A DNA stretch of 64,000 nt from Gammaproteobacteria bacterium (GCA_965238225.1 OZ250183.1:864001-928000); one strand, 5' to 3'. Shown: positions 1 through 11,454, numbered from the stretch's first letter. A program made the numbers and translations. Notes: generated by a model from the letters alone, not told the origin.

Positions 1-811
1 TTTTTCTCCGGGTGCTCCCGTGTCTAGAGCGCATGCGCCACGTGCTACCCAGGCAGGTTGCGTGGTGATTGATAATACTTCGGAATTTCGTTATGACGAC
101 GAGATTCCTTTGGTCGTGCCTGAGGTCAACCCCCATGCCATTGCCGATTATAAAAACAGGGGTATTATTGCCAATCCAAATTGCTCAACGATTCAGATGT
201 TGGTAGCACTGAAGCCTATCCATGATGCTGCAACTATTGAGCGCATCAATGTGTGTACCTATCAGGCCGTATCTGGCACGGGAAAAAAGGCAATAGAAGA
301 ATTAGCAAAACAGACTACTGAACTATTGAACGGACGGTCTGCAGTGTGCGAAGTATATCCCAAGCAAATTGCTTTTAATGCCCTGCCTCAGTGCGACAGT
401 TTCCAGGAAAATGGGTATACCAAGGAAGAAATGAAAATGGTCTGGGAAACCAGAAAAATATTCGAGGATGAAACTATTCAGGTGAATCCGACCGCAGTTA
501 GAATTCCTGTATTCTTCGGGCATTCAGAGGCAGTCCATGTCGAAACTAAGAAGAAATTGTCTGCGCAGGATGTAAGAAAAATACTCAGCAATAAGCCTAG
601 CATCGTGTTAATGGATGAGCATAAGAACGGCGCTTACCCAACAGCTGCAAGTGAGGCTGTGGGCACTGATTCAGTCTTTGTTGGGCGAATTCGAGAAGAT
701 ATTTCACACCCTAGAGGCATGAATTTGTGGATAGTTTCCGATAATGTTCGCAAAGGTGCAGCATTAAATAGTGTTCAAATCGCTGAAATTTTGGTAAAAG
801 ACTATTTATAA
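1..811 (+). CDS. asd: Aspartate-semialdehyde dehydrogenase (5' truncated by window)
   Basis: IIANPNCST catalytic Cys motif, DNVRKGAALN C-terminal motif; frame open from the window start. Confidence 0.97.
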   Translation, partial: FSPGAPVSRAHAPRATQAGCVVIDNTSEFRYDDEIPLVVPEVNPHAIADYKNRGIIANPNCSTIQMLVALKPIHDAATIERINVCTYQAVSGTGKKAIEELAKQTTELLNGRSAVCEVYPKQIAFNALPQCDSFQENGYTKEEMKMVWETRKIFEDETIQVNPTAVRIPVFFGHSEAVHVETKKKLSAQDVRKILSNKPSIVLMDEHKNGAYPTAASEAVGTDSVFVGRIREDISHPRGMNLWIVSDNVRKGAALNSVQIAEILVKDYL

Positions 812-988
812 GCTATAGTTAAGGTGTAATTATAAAGGAGATTCGTAGGTTGCTTACCACACAATTACTGTGTGTTTAGGTGACACTAACTGTGCTATAG
901 AAGATTGCTGTCACAGATTTCCTCTATGTAATATTACTTAACTTATTGAAAATCAACAATTTTTAATCAGGATATTCTTTATAAACCA

Positions 989-1390
989 ATGAATATAAAA
1001 ACAACGAACATAAGAATTTTATTAATGAGCTTTATCTTGTTGTTTGCAGGGTTTCAACCTGCAGCACAAGCATTAGCGTTAGGGGAATTAAAGTTAAAAT
1101 CATATTTAAATCAAAGACTTGAAGTTTTTATTCCTTTAATTTCCCCGAAAGAAGGCGACCTCAGTGCGTTAAGGTTAAGCGCGAGTCGTCCTGATGAAGA
1201 AGACTTGAGTTTGAGGGTTTGGCGCGATTTAGAGGCTGAACTTATCGACAATCAGGGGGACGAGCCCTATTTAAGAGTTACCAGTAAAACCCCCTTGCGA
1301 GAGCCTTCGTTGAGCTTTGTTCTGGATGTGCGCTGGCCTAATGGACGTATACAACGAAGCTATTCATTATTCTTAGATCTGAAACCCTAA
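989..1390 (+). CDS. Small secreted protein comprising only a FimV N-terminal-like domain
   Basis: Signal peptide then LALGELKLKSYLNQRL...REPSLSFVLDVRWPNGRIQRSYSLFLD, parallel to the N-terminus of the downstream FimV. Confidence 0.8.
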   Translation: MNIKTTNIRILLMSFILLFAGFQPAAQALALGELKLKSYLNQRLEVFIPLISPKEGDLSALRLSASRPDEEDLSLRVWRDLEAELIDNQGDEPYLRVTSKTPLREPSLSFVLDVRWPNGRIQRSYSLFLDLKP

Positions 1391-1437
1391 GATTTAAAGC
1401 ATTAAAGAAATAACGCAGAGGGTTAGGGGCGTGCTGG

Positions 1438-4400
1438 ATGAAATTTAGAATAATATTCATTCTGTTGACATTAGTGGTGCCGGGAGTTGCCAATGCTTTG
1501 AGTGTGGGCAAGCTTGAGCTTCAATCTGCATTAAACCAACCGCTTAAAGCAAGAATTAAATTACTTTCAGCCACTGCGGTCGAACTTGACAGTCTGAGTG
1601 TTTCTCTTGCTAACCAAGACGCATTTAACCGGACAAATATTAAGCGCACATTCCTACTTACTCGCCTGCGCTTTGAAATCCAAGAAACTGAGGAAGGATC
1701 TGACTACATTAAGATTCGCAGTAGCGAGTCAATTCAAGAACCATTCCTTAATTTTTTACTGGAGATAAATTGGTCTAAAGGCAGATTGTTTAGAGAGTAT
1801 ACCGTTTTACTTGACCCGCCTGTTTATGCTGAGCATGGCAGTAAGAAAAAAATTGCCATACAACACCCCACATCTACTCCAGACTACAAACCTTATGACC
1901 ATGAATCTTTGGGTTCATATGTTATAAGTGGGGAATATGGTCCCGCAGTTACTGGGGATACCCTGTGGTCAATTGCTACGGCAGCAAGGTCTGGCACATC
2001 ATTCAGCATCCAACAAATGATGCTTGCCATTTTACATGCTAACCCTGAGGCATTTATTGAAAATAATATCAATGGCCTTAAACGCGGTGCTATTCTCCAG
2101 ATACCAGATACAGCAGAAATCGATTTTTTGAATAAAAAAGATGTATTAGCGCAAGTAAACAGCCAGCATGCGTTGTGGGATGAATACAAAGGTAGAATCT
2201 CAACCCACATCAGTCAACAATCAGAAAATATTAGTGCCGATAGTCAGTATAGCGAAAAAGGTATGACTGAAGAGCTTGGGGGTGACAAATGGGAATCTGT
2301 CACAGATACTGAACGTGAAAACAGGGCAGAATTACGGCTCATTTCTGAGACTGATAAAGGATCTGGGGGTAACCAGATGACTAAAGCATTATCAGAGGCT
2401 AATACCGATGCCTTAAATACTGAATTGGTATTGGCAAATGAATCTACTGAAGCCCTGTTTCTGGAAAATGCAGAACTGAAGAACAAGCTGCTTGAAACCG
2501 ATGGTATTATCGATGACTTAAAACGTCTCATTGTACTTAAAGAAAATGAGCTGGCTGCTTTGCAAGAACAAATCATGGTTGCAGCAGCACAACAACAAGA
2601 AAGTGCAGAGACTGTAGTAGAGCTTGAAGCCGTTTCAATAGAACCCAAATCTTTTGCTGAAGAAGATGTTGTTGAGGAAATAATGGCATTAGAGGATTCA
2701 GGCGCAGAAGATGGACTGATGGGTAAGGTCATGGTTTTTGTCAATGAAGGAACTGGCACTTGGTTACCTAAGTTCGCAGATATGGCTATGGCTGTGTTTG
2801 AAAAAGCCAAGGCTCAATCGGTACTCGTAGCAAGTATTGTTGGCGGTTTATTACTGCTTTTTATTTCTCTAAAGATATTTCTCAAACGACGTAATGAATA
2901 CGTCGAAGGAATTACGTTTTCAGAGGATAAATTTCATGATTTTGATGACGAATCAGCCACGATCATTGCTGATCTTGAAGATGGGACAGCATCACCAGAA
3001 GATGAAACAGAATTACCAGAAGATGAGGATGAGACGGTATTGCCAGATATTGATGCATTTGATGTGTCCGAAGAGGCAGGTGCAGTGCCAGAAAAAAATA
3101 TTGCAAAAACACCAGGAGATGATCCTATGGAGGGGATTAATATATTTCTTGCCTATGAACATTTTGATGAAGCTGAAGCTTCCATAAGAAGTGCATTGGA
3201 AAATGATCCAGACAACATGGATTTCCATAACAAATTACTGGAAGTTTTTTATGTTGCTAGAAATAAAAAATCATATGAAGAGGCTGCCAGAGTCATTTAT
3301 AAGATAACAGACGGACAAGGCGAACATTGGGATATGGCAACAGTCATGTGGCAGGAAATGTCTCCAAACAGAGCCTTGTTTGAAACGCCTGTAGCAGGTG
3401 AGGATGAAGAGGTTCCAGCAGAGTCAGCAGGTGGCGGTGTCTTGAATATCACAAGTGATGATGATATGGACTCAGGCTCAGTAGATGCAGCACCTATCAA
3501 GGCAGAAGGGGGTAACGATTTAGATTTATCATTAGACAGTGATGCAGATATGAGTTTATCAGATGATGCAAGTAATGAATTACTAGAGGAAACTATGTCA
3601 CTGGATACCAACAATATACAGCCATCGCAGGAAACCGAAGAAGTGCTGGAGCTTCCACCAGAAGACAGCCAAGACTCTGGTTCTGATGAGTTTGTACTTG
3701 ATATTGGCAGTGATGATGTGAATGAATCTGCCCTAGAGATAGATCTAGAGATAGATGGTCTAGAGATAGATGGTCTAGAGATAGATGGTCTAGAGATAGA
3801 TGGTCTAGAGATAGATGACTTGGGAATGGATAATGTAGAACCTGAAATTGAATTGAATGATGACACCGCAGGCTTGGATGCTACCGTTAAAATCCCTCCT
3901 ATGGGTGAAGTAACACCTATCAAGGCAGAAGGGGGTAACGATTTAGATTTATCATTAGACAGTGATGCAGATATGAGTTTATCAGATGATGCAAGTAATG
4001 AATTACTAGAGGAAACTATGTCACTGGATACCAACAATATACAGCCATCGCAGGAAACCGAAGAAGTGCTGGAGCTTCCACCAGAAGACAGCCAAGACTC
4101 TGGTTCTGATGAGTTTGTACTTGATATTGGCAGTGATGATGTGAATGAATCTGCCGATCTAGAGATAGATGGTCTAGAGATAGATGGTCTAGAGATAGAT
4201 GACTTGGGAATGGATAATGTAGAACCTGAAATTGAATTGAATGATGACACCGCAGGCTTGGATGCTACCGTTAAAATCCCTCCTATGGGTGAAGTAACAC
4301 CTATCAAGGCAGAAGGGGGTAACGATTTAGATTTATCATTAGACAGTGATGCAGATATGAGTTTATCAGATGATGCAAGTAATGAATTACTAGAGGAAAC

Positions 4401-4929
4401 TATGTCACTGGATACCAACAATATACAGCCATCGCAGGAAACCGAAGAAGTGCTGGAGCTTCCACCAGAAGACAGCCAAGACTCTGGTTCTGATGAGTTT
4501 GTACTTGATATTGGCAGTGATGATGTGAATGAATCTGCCGATCTAGAGATAGATGGTCTAGAGATAGATGGTCTAGAGATAGATGGTCTAGAGATAGATG
4601 GTCTAGATGGTCTAGAGATAGATGACTTGGGAATGGATAATGTAGAACCTGAAATTGAATTGAATGATGACACCGCAGGCTTGGATGCTACCGTTAAAAT
4701 CCCTCCTATGGGTGAAGTAACACCTATCAAGGCAGAAGAAAATGAGGACTCAGAAACATCAGAGACGCCCATAACAGGCGAAGAAATGGACAGTCAGTTG
4801 GATCTTGCAAAAGCTTATATTGAATTAGGTGATAATGAGAATGCGAAAGCTATTCTTGACAAGATTATTGCTCAAGGTGATGATAATTACCGACAGCAAG
4901 CCGAAGAATTAATCGGACAAATAGACTAA
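1438..4929 (+). CDS. fimV: FimV/HubP polar landmark protein
   Basis: LSVGKLELQSALNQPL N-domain, LysM-like GDTLWSIA...NPEAF, coiled coil, TM segment, acidic cytoplasmic region, C-terminal LDLAKAYIELGD motif; asd-fimV-truA synteny. Confidence 0.95.
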   Translation: MKFRIIFILLTLVVPGVANALSVGKLELQSALNQPLKARIKLLSATAVELDSLSVSLANQDAFNRTNIKRTFLLTRLRFEIQETEEGSDYIKIRSSESIQEPFLNFLLEINWSKGRLFREYTVLLDPPVYAEHGSKKKIAIQHPTSTPDYKPYDHESLGSYVISGEYGPAVTGDTLWSIATAARSGTSFSIQQMMLAILHANPEAFIENNINGLKRGAILQIPDTAEIDFLNKKDVLAQVNSQHALWDEYKGRISTHISQQSENISADSQYSEKGMTEELGGDKWESVTDTERENRAELRLISETDKGSGGNQMTKALSEANTDALNTELVLANESTEALFLENAELKNKLLETDGIIDDLKRLIVLKENELAALQEQIMVAAAQQQESAETVVELEAVSIEPKSFAEEDVVEEIMALEDSGAEDGLMGKVMVFVNEGTGTWLPKFADMAMAVFEKAKAQSVLVASIVGGLLLLFISLKIFLKRRNEYVEGITFSEDKFHDFDDESATIIADLEDGTASPEDETELPEDEDETVLPDIDAFDVSEEAGAVPEKNIAKTPGDDPMEGINIFLAYEHFDEAEASIRSALENDPDNMDFHNKLLEVFYVARNKKSYEEAARVIYKITDGQGEHWDMATVMWQEMSPNRALFETPVAGEDEEVPAESAGGGVLNITSDDDMDSGSVDAAPIKAEGGNDLDLSLDSDADMSLSDDASNELLEETMSLDTNNIQPSQETEEVLELPPEDSQDSGSDEFVLDIGSDDVNESALEIDLEIDGLEIDGLEIDGLEIDGLEIDDLGMDNVEPEIELNDDTAGLDATVKIPPMGEVTPIKAEGGNDLDLSLDSDADMSLSDDASNELLEETMSLDTNNIQPSQETEEVLELPPEDSQDSGSDEFVLDIGSDDVNESADLEIDGLEIDGLEIDDLGMDNVEPEIELNDDTAGLDATVKIPPMGEVTPIKAEGGNDLDLSLDSDADMSLSDDASNELLEETMSLDTNNIQPSQETEEVLELPPEDSQDSGSDEFVLDIGSDDVNESADLEIDGLEIDGLEIDGLEIDGLDGLEIDDLGMDNVEPEIELNDDTAGLDATVKIPPMGEVTPIKAEENEDSETSETPITGEEMDSQLDLAKAYIELGDNENAKAILDKIIAQGDDNYRQQAEELIGQID
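3491..4738 (+). repeat. Three near-identical in-frame tandem units (423, 384, 423 bp) with nested 15-bp CTAGAGATAGATGGT (LEIDG) arrays
   Basis: CACCTATCAAGGCAGAAG recurs at 3491, 3914, 4298 and 4721; units differ essentially only in the LEIDG array. Confidence 0.97.
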
Positions 4930-5036
4930 CTCTATCATTTTTTTTGGCAGAAACTATCTAGTCGCTAAATCAAGAATATTACAATGCGGTGTTCCTGTTT
5001 TTTGTTTCCTCGTTTTCTTTTCCTGTGCCATCATCT

Positions 5037-5816
5037 ATGAAAATAGCGCTTGGTATTGAATACCGTGGAACCTCGTACCATGGATGGCAGCGCCAGGATA
5101 TAGCAAACAGTATTCAAGAACATGTTGAGAACGCATTATCCAAAATCGCAGATCAAGGCGTGAATGTTTATTGTGCTGGCAGGACAGATACTGGCGTTCA
5201 TGCCTTACACCAAGTTGTGCATTTCGAGACAGGCATAGATCGTAAAATGTATTCATGGATTGCTGGTAGTAATGTAAACCTCCCCAATGACATCAGTATC
5301 CTCTGGGCTAAACAGGTAGATTATGATTTTCATGCTCGTTTCTCAGCTACAGCAAGAATATATAGATTTATTATTATGAACAGACAATCCAAGCCGGGTG
5401 TGAATCATGGCTTAGTGACATGGGAACAACGGACTTTGGATGAAAATAGGATGCAATTGGCTGCAAACTCTTTAATAGGGGAGCATGATTTCACTTCATT
5501 TAGAACTGTAGCTTGTCAGGCAAAGAGTCCTGTTCGCACTATAAAGAGATTAGATGTTACGAGAGTGGGTGATTATGTGATGTTTGAAATTGAAGCGAAT
5601 GCATTTTTACACCATATGGTAAGAAATATTGCTGGGGTATTGATTGAAATAGGCTGTGGTAATGCTGATATTTCTTGGATGGATGAGGTTTTGAAACTCA
5701 GAGACAGGACTAAATCAGCAAAGACTGCCGCTGAGGATGGTCTGTATCTAGCGATGATTCAATATCCAGAAAAATATGGAATTCCAATGCCAGCTAATTC
5801 ACAATGTGTCATTTAA
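5037..5816 (+). CDS. truA: tRNA pseudouridine(38-40) synthase
   Basis: MKIALGIEYRG start, AGRTDTGVHA, FHARFSA, FLHHMVRNI. Confidence 0.97.
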   Translation: MKIALGIEYRGTSYHGWQRQDIANSIQEHVENALSKIADQGVNVYCAGRTDTGVHALHQVVHFETGIDRKMYSWIAGSNVNLPNDISILWAKQVDYDFHARFSATARIYRFIIMNRQSKPGVNHGLVTWEQRTLDENRMQLAANSLIGEHDFTSFRTVACQAKSPVRTIKRLDVTRVGDYVMFEIEANAFLHHMVRNIAGVLIEIGCGNADISWMDEVLKLRDRTKSAKTAAEDGLYLAMIQYPEKYGIPMPANSQCVI

Positions 5817-5895
5817 CCAGCATACAGCACAATGGAGACTACTTTAGATGATTGAAAATTTGACTTTAGGTTATCTTTAAATAAGCAATGTTCCA

Positions 5896-6546
5896 TTGTC
5901 GCACATGTTTTTGAAAAATAAAATCAAACGTACTAGAGTGAAGGTGTGTGGTATTACTCGCACAGAAGATGCGCTAAGTGCTGCCGAGTTAGGTGCAGAT
6001 GCGATAGGTTTTGTATTCTATGAAAAAAGCCCGCGATACATAACCGTGAAAAAGGCTGCTGAGATTGCGAAATCATTACCTCCATTTGTGAACAAGGTCG
6101 CTTTGTTTGTGAATGCCTCAGATAAAGCAATCAAGTCAGTTTTAGATACTGTACCTGTAGATATATTGCAATTTCATGGACAGGAGAGCCAGAAGATATG
6201 TCAAAGCTATGGTTGGCCGTATATTAAGGCAATCAGGATGTGCGATGGTGTAGATCCCGTACAGTTAAGCCATGATTATGCTGATGCGAGTGCTTTTTTG
6301 CTTGATAGTTTTGTTGCAGGAACCCATGGCGGAACGGGGCAGAAATTTGATTGGTCTAAAGTGCCTTTAGACCTGAATAAGCCGATGATATTGGCTGGCG
6401 GACTATCGTTCGAAAACGTAGCCAAAGCCATAACCAAGGTTTCTCCTTACGCTGTGGATGTTAGTAGTGGCGTTGAAATTGAAGAAGGCGTTAAAGATGC
6501 TGCTAAGATAGAAGAATTTATACGAGAGGTCTTACATGCAAAGTAA
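5896..6546 (+). CDS. trpF: Phosphoribosylanthranilate isomerase
   Basis: VKVCGIT, QFHG, LAGGL, DVSSGVE; exact start uncertain. Confidence 0.96.
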   Translation: MSHMFLKNKIKRTRVKVCGITRTEDALSAAELGADAIGFVFYEKSPRYITVKKAAEIAKSLPPFVNKVALFVNASDKAIKSVLDTVPVDILQFHGQESQKICQSYGWPYIKAIRMCDGVDPVQLSHDYADASAFLLDSFVAGTHGGTGQKFDWSKVPLDLNKPMILAGGLSFENVAKAITKVSPYAVDVSSGVEIEEGVKDAAKIEEFIREVLHAK

Positions 6547-7735
6547 TTATTTACCCGATGAGCAAGGGCACTTTGGGCCATACGGTGGTAAATTTGTTGC
6601 CGAAACGCTGATGGGTCCCTTGCAGAAATTAGAAGAAGCCTATGCACGTTATCTCCAGGATCCAGAATTCTTAGCTGAACTTGACAGTGAGTTGCATCAC
6701 TACGTCGGCAGACCCTCGCCCCTATACCATGCCATGCGTTGGTCAAAAATTTTGGGTGGTGCCCAGATCTATTTGAAACGGGAAGACTTAAATCACACAG
6801 GCGCGCATAAAATAAACAACACAGTAGGACAGGCTTTGTTAGCGAAACGTATGGGTAAAACCAGAATTATCGCAGAAACTGGCGCAGGACAACACGGTGT
6901 TGCTTCGGCAACTGTTGCCGCCAGACTTGGTCTTGAATGTATTGTTTATATGGGTTCTACAGATGTTAAAAGACAATCAAGCAATGTCTTTCGTATGAAA
7001 TTATTGGATGCGAATGTGGTAGTGGTAGGGTCTGGCTCCAAGACTTTGAAAGATGCCCTAAACGAAGCGATGCGTGACTGGGTGACAAACATTGATGATA
7101 CGTTTTATATTATTGGAACTGTAGCTGGACCGCACCCATATCCTGTAATGGTGAGAGATTTTCAGGCTGTTATTGGGCGAGAGGCAAGACAGCAATGTAT
7201 AGAGCAGACTGGACGATTGCCCGATGCGCTGGTTGCATGTGTTGGCGGCGGTTCAAATGCTATCGGTTTATTTTATCCATTTATTGATGATAAAGATGTT
7301 GCAATCTATGGTGTAGAGGCTGGCGGTGATGGTCTTGATACAGGTCGCCATGCCGCCCCTTTAAATTCTGGTAGACCTGGTATTTTACATGGCAATAGAA
7401 CTTACCTGATGGAAGATGATAACGGTCAGATTATGGAAACTCATTCAATCTCCGCAGGTCTTGATTATCCAGGTGTTGGACCAGAGCATTCATGGTTAAA
7501 AGACAGTGGGCGTGCAAAGTACGTTGCCATTAATGATGATGAGGCTTTACAAGGTTTTCATGATTTAACGAAAATTGAAGGGATTATGCCGGCTTTAGAG
7601 TCTAGTCACGCGCTTGCTTATGCAGCGAAGTTGGCAACAAAAATGCGCAAAGATGAAATTATAATTGTGAATTTATCCGGCCGAGGCGACAAAGATATTC
7701 AAACAGTTGCTACACTAGAAGGCATCACGCTATAG
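6536..7735 (+). CDS. trpB: Tryptophan synthase beta chain
   Basis: [32 protein letters not shown]. Confidence 0.99.
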   Translation: MQSNYLPDEQGHFGPYGGKFVAETLMGPLQKLEEAYARYLQDPEFLAELDSELHHYVGRPSPLYHAMRWSKILGGAQIYLKREDLNHTGAHKINNTVGQALLAKRMGKTRIIAETGAGQHGVASATVAARLGLECIVYMGSTDVKRQSSNVFRMKLLDANVVVVGSGSKTLKDALNEAMRDWVTNIDDTFYIIGTVAGPHPYPVMVRDFQAVIGREARQQCIEQTGRLPDALVACVGGGSNAIGLFYPFIDDKDVAIYGVEAGGDGLDTGRHAAPLNSGRPGILHGNRTYLMEDDNGQIMETHSISAGLDYPGVGPEHSWLKDSGRAKYVAINDDEALQGFHDLTKIEGIMPALESSHALAYAAKLATKMRKDEIIIVNLSGRGDKDIQTVATLEGITL

Positions 7736-7822
7736 AAATGAGAATCAAAAAACCTTAGCTTTTAACCAAAATTTGGTCTTGCGCTAAAAATATAAATTAA
7801 GAAATATTTAGATTTATTTTGT

Positions 7823-8629
7823 ATGAGCCGTATAACAAACTATTTTAATGAACTAAAAGAAAAAAACCGTAACGGTTTGATTCCTTTTATTGTTGCTGGA
7901 GATCCGCAACCAAAATTTACACTGCCTTTGATGCATGCATTGGTTGATGGCGGGGCTGACATGATTGAACTAGGCGTGCCTTTTTCTGATCCAATGGCAG
8001 ATGGACTTGTTATTCAAAAAGGCAGTGAGAGAGCTCTGGCGCATGGGATATCGTTGCATGATGTGATCTCTATGGTGGTTAAATTTCGCAAAGAAAATGA
8101 GAAGACACCTGTTATTTTAATGGGCTATTTAAACCCTATTGAAGTGATGGGCTATGAAGTTTTTGCAAAAGCGGCAAAAGAAGCTGGAGTTGATGGCATA
8201 TTAATAGTAGATATGCCGCCTGAAGAAGCTCGAGAACTAAAAGAAATTACGGTGAAGTACGAGATGGATATGATTTTTCTGATTTCACCGACAACCAATG
8301 TCGAAAGGCAGAAATATATTTCAAATATAGCGAGCGGTTTCCTTTACTATGTTTCTCTTAAAGGTGTCACAGGAAGCAGTCGTTTGAATACAAAATCTGT
8401 AGAAATATCGGTTTCGACGATTAAACAACATTCCAATCTACCTATTGGCGTTGGATTTGGCATTAGAGATGCAGCAAGTGCTGCGAGTGTTGCTAAAGTG
8501 AGTGATGCAATCATTGTAGGTAGCTCCATCGTTGAGCTTGTAGGGAACCTAAATAGCGATTCTGCGGAATCGATAAAATCAATAAGCACCTATCTTTTGA
8601 CAATACGACATGCAATTGATGCCGTATAA
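7823..8629 (+). CDS. trpA: Tryptophan synthase alpha chain
   Basis: ELGVPFSDPMADG, GVTG, VGFGI. Confidence 0.98.
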   Translation: MSRITNYFNELKEKNRNGLIPFIVAGDPQPKFTLPLMHALVDGGADMIELGVPFSDPMADGLVIQKGSERALAHGISLHDVISMVVKFRKENEKTPVILMGYLNPIEVMGYEVFAKAAKEAGVDGILIVDMPPEEARELKEITVKYEMDMIFLISPTTNVERQKYISNIASGFLYYVSLKGVTGSSRLNTKSVEISVSTIKQHSNLPIGVGFGIRDAASAASVAKVSDAIIVGSSIVELVGNLNSDSAESIKSISTYLLTIRHAIDAV

Positions 8630-8644
8630 TTAATATATAACTGT

Positions 8645-9502
8645 ATGAGTTGGTTTAAAAAATTACTTCCTTCAAGAGCAAAAACAGATGGTACGTCTAG
8701 GCGTACGGTTCCTGAGGGTGTTTGGTCTAAATGCGATGAATGTAGTGCTGTTTTATACCGAGCAGAGTTGAAACGAAACCTTGAAGTCTGTCCTGAATGT
8801 TTTCACCACATGCTTATTAGCGCTCGTGTACGAATTGAACATTTTTTAGATACAGAGCCACAAGTTGAAATAGGAAGTAATATTAAACCAGTCGACAAGC
8901 TTAAGTTTCGTGATAAGAAGAAATACAAAGATCGTTTAAGTCAGGCACAAAAACAGACAAAAGAAGAAGATGCCTTGGTTGTGATGATGGGGCAAGTAAA
9001 CGAAATACCACTTGTGGTTGCAGTATTTGAGTATAATTTTATGGCAGGCTCGATGGGCGCTGTTGTTGGAGAGAAATTTGTTTTGGCAACAGAAGCAGCA
9101 ATTGAAAATAATATCCCATTAGTTTGTTTTTCTGCCAGTGGTGGGGCGCGTATGCAAGAGGCGATATTATCGCTAATGCAAATGGCAAAGACGAGTTCTG
9201 CTGTAGCAAAATTGGTTGCCAAAGGATTGCCTTACATATCTGTACTAACTAACCCAACAATGGGGGGAGTTTCTGCCAGCTTGGCAACATTAGGTGATAT
9301 CAATATTGCTGAGCCCAATGCATTAATAGGATTTGCAGGGCCAAGAGTGATCGAACAGACTGTGCGAGAAACACTGCCGGAGGGCTTTCAGAAAAGTGAA
9401 TTTCTTCTTGAGCATGGCATGATAGATATGATCCTTGATAGGAGAGAAATGCGTGAAAAAATATCTTCTATACTGTCTATCCTCTGCAGCAAACAAGCTT
9501 AA
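8645..9502 (+). CDS. accD: Acetyl-CoA carboxylase carboxyltransferase beta subunit
   Basis: N-terminal C4 Zn finger, [19 protein letters not shown]. Confidence 0.98.
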   Translation: MSWFKKLLPSRAKTDGTSRRTVPEGVWSKCDECSAVLYRAELKRNLEVCPECFHHMLISARVRIEHFLDTEPQVEIGSNIKPVDKLKFRDKKKYKDRLSQAQKQTKEEDALVVMMGQVNEIPLVVAVFEYNFMAGSMGAVVGEKFVLATEAAIENNIPLVCFSASGGARMQEAILSLMQMAKTSSAVAKLVAKGLPYISVLTNPTMGGVSASLATLGDINIAEPNALIGFAGPRVIEQTVRETLPEGFQKSEFLLEHGMIDMILDRREMREKISSILSILCSKQA

Positions 9503-9574
9503 ATTAACCCTAAAATCTCACTCATGAACGCAGAACTTATGTCTCACAGTCTATATGTAAGATCAAAGATAGGT

Positions 9575-10840
9575 ATGAGATTTGATAGTCTCCACGAATG
9601 GTTGGCATGGCAGGAAGATTTGCATTTTACAGCAATAGAGTTGGGTCTGAACCGGTGCGCTACTGTCGCTCGGAACATGGGGTTGCTGCATCCAGATTTT
9701 ACAGTAATTAGTGTCGCTGGAACCAACGGCAAAGGCTCAAGTGTTACCATGATGGATTCGATCTTGAGTAATTCTGGCTATAAAACCGGATGCTATACCT
9801 CGCCGCACTTTATACGTTATAACGAGCGAATAAAGCTTGACGGTGTTGAGGTTAGCGATGAATTACTATGCGAATCATTTGATAGAATTGATTATGCGCG
9901 TGGTGATATTTCTTTAACCTATTTTGAATTTGGCACCCTTGCTGCATTAGACATATTTCATCGCGCAAACATTGATGTTGCCTTGCTTGAAGTGGGTATG
10001 GGGGGTCGGCTTGATGCGGTTAACTGTGTAGATGCAGATGCTGCTTTGATTTCCAGTATTGATCTTGATCATACGCAGTGGCTGGGGATGGATCGAGAGA
10101 CCATTGCTTATGAAAAAATCGGTATTTTTCGCAGTGATAAGCCTGCTGTTTGTTCTGATCCTCATCCGCCAGAGACCGTACTGCAATATGCTAGAGAGAT
10201 AGGCGCAACATTGTATATTCTTGGTCAGGATTTCAATTACAGTTTATCTGATGATTGTTGGTTGTGGCGATGGGATTCTGTGATTTATAAACATCTAGCT
10301 CACCCCAGCCAGCACAACAGTTGCCAGATTCAAAATGCCGCTGGCGTGTTGATGGTTTTACATGCATTAAAATCAAAATTACCGATAAAAGCAGGCGCCA
10401 TAGAGAAGGCACTGGAGAATTTCAGTTTTACTGGCAGGTTTCAGGTGCTGACCCAATGGACACAGATAATTCTTGATGTGGCACATAATGCTCAGGCAGC
10501 CAGAACTTTGGTTCATAATCTGGAGCAATTTCCCAAAAGCGGCAAAACGTATATTATTATAGGAATGTTGAAGGATAAGGATCATGTGAGTGTTTTAAAT
10601 GAGTTTGCAGGAATAGTTGATTATTGGCATACGGTCAGTATCTTAAATTCACGTGGAAGTGACAGCAAAATACTAAAGAATGAACTGCTGAAGCTGGGAG
10701 TGACCGCTCCAATCTCGGAACATGGTACTGTGGCTGATGCTTTTTGTAAATTGAAGAATGAAACCGGAGAGCATGACCGTATCGTGGTGACAGGTTCTTT
10801 TTTGTCTGTTGGTGATGCGTTAAAATACCTCAAAATTTGA
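9575..10840 (+). CDS. folC: Dihydrofolate/folylpolyglutamate synthase
   Basis: VAGTNGKGS, LEVGMGGRLDAVN, LDVAHN. Confidence 0.96.
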   Translation: MRFDSLHEWLAWQEDLHFTAIELGLNRCATVARNMGLLHPDFTVISVAGTNGKGSSVTMMDSILSNSGYKTGCYTSPHFIRYNERIKLDGVEVSDELLCESFDRIDYARGDISLTYFEFGTLAALDIFHRANIDVALLEVGMGGRLDAVNCVDADAALISSIDLDHTQWLGMDRETIAYEKIGIFRSDKPAVCSDPHPPETVLQYAREIGATLYILGQDFNYSLSDDCWLWRWDSVIYKHLAHPSQHNSCQIQNAAGVLMVLHALKSKLPIKAGAIEKALENFSFTGRFQVLTQWTQIILDVAHNAQAARTLVHNLEQFPKSGKTYIIIGMLKDKDHVSVLNEFAGIVDYWHTVSILNSRGSDSKILKNELLKLGVTAPISEHGTVADAFCKLKNETGEHDRIVVTGSFLSVGDALKYLKI

Positions 10841-10863
10841 ACAATGGCAGCTGGTTAAAAACT

Positions 10864-11412
10864 ATGGAGCAGGACTTAAAAGAACGATTAGCGGGTGCGG
10901 CAATATTGGTAGCGGTTGCTGTTATATTTATACCCATAATATTTAGCAACCCTGCCAAGGTAGAAGTGCTTGAAGATTTGAGTTTTCCTGAAACACCAAA
11001 AACAGAATTTAACTCAAAGATTATTCGTGTGGTTGAGAATGATGATAATGCCCCGATCATTGAAAACATGGCGACTGTTGAGAAACTTATACCGACTAAC
11101 AAAAATAATTCCAGTCAAAAACTGACAGAACAAAAGAAAACAATAACAGAATCCAAGGACAAAACTACATCAGCTCTATCTGCATGGAGCATTCAATTGG
11201 GCAGCTTCGCCAATGAAGGTAACGCTCAATCCATGAATAAAAAATTACAGCAGGTGGGTTATAAATCATTCGTAAAATCGCTTAAAAAAGACGGCAGGAT
11301 CAGTTACCAGGTAAAAGTCGGCGTACAGCTAAAACGATCAGAAGCAGATGCCTTATTAAAAAACTTGAAAGAAAAAATGCAGCTTGACGGAATTGTCGTG
11401 AGTTATCCCTAG
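10864..11412 (+). CDS. dedD: SPOR-domain cell division protein (DedD-like)
   Basis: LKERLAGA + TM segment, C-terminal SPOR WSIQLGSF; folC-dedD-cvpA synteny. Confidence 0.85.
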   Translation: MEQDLKERLAGAAILVAVAVIFIPIIFSNPAKVEVLEDLSFPETPKTEFNSKIIRVVENDDNAPIIENMATVEKLIPTNKNNSSQKLTEQKKTITESKDKTTSALSAWSIQLGSFANEGNAQSMNKKLQQVGYKSFVKSLKKDGRISYQVKVGVQLKRSEADALLKNLKEKMQLDGIVVSYP

Positions 11413-11454
11413 TAATGAAGTTATCTGAAATATATATAAGAGAGGTAGACATTA

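Noticed and set aside
3733-3820. Short direct repeats as a possible CRISPR array
   Set aside because: Head-to-tail 15-mers with no spacers, in frame within fimV, and no cas genes
3297-4772. 491-aa Ser-rich antisense ORF with SISRP repeats
   Set aside because: Shadow of the acidic FimV repeats; no independent coding signal
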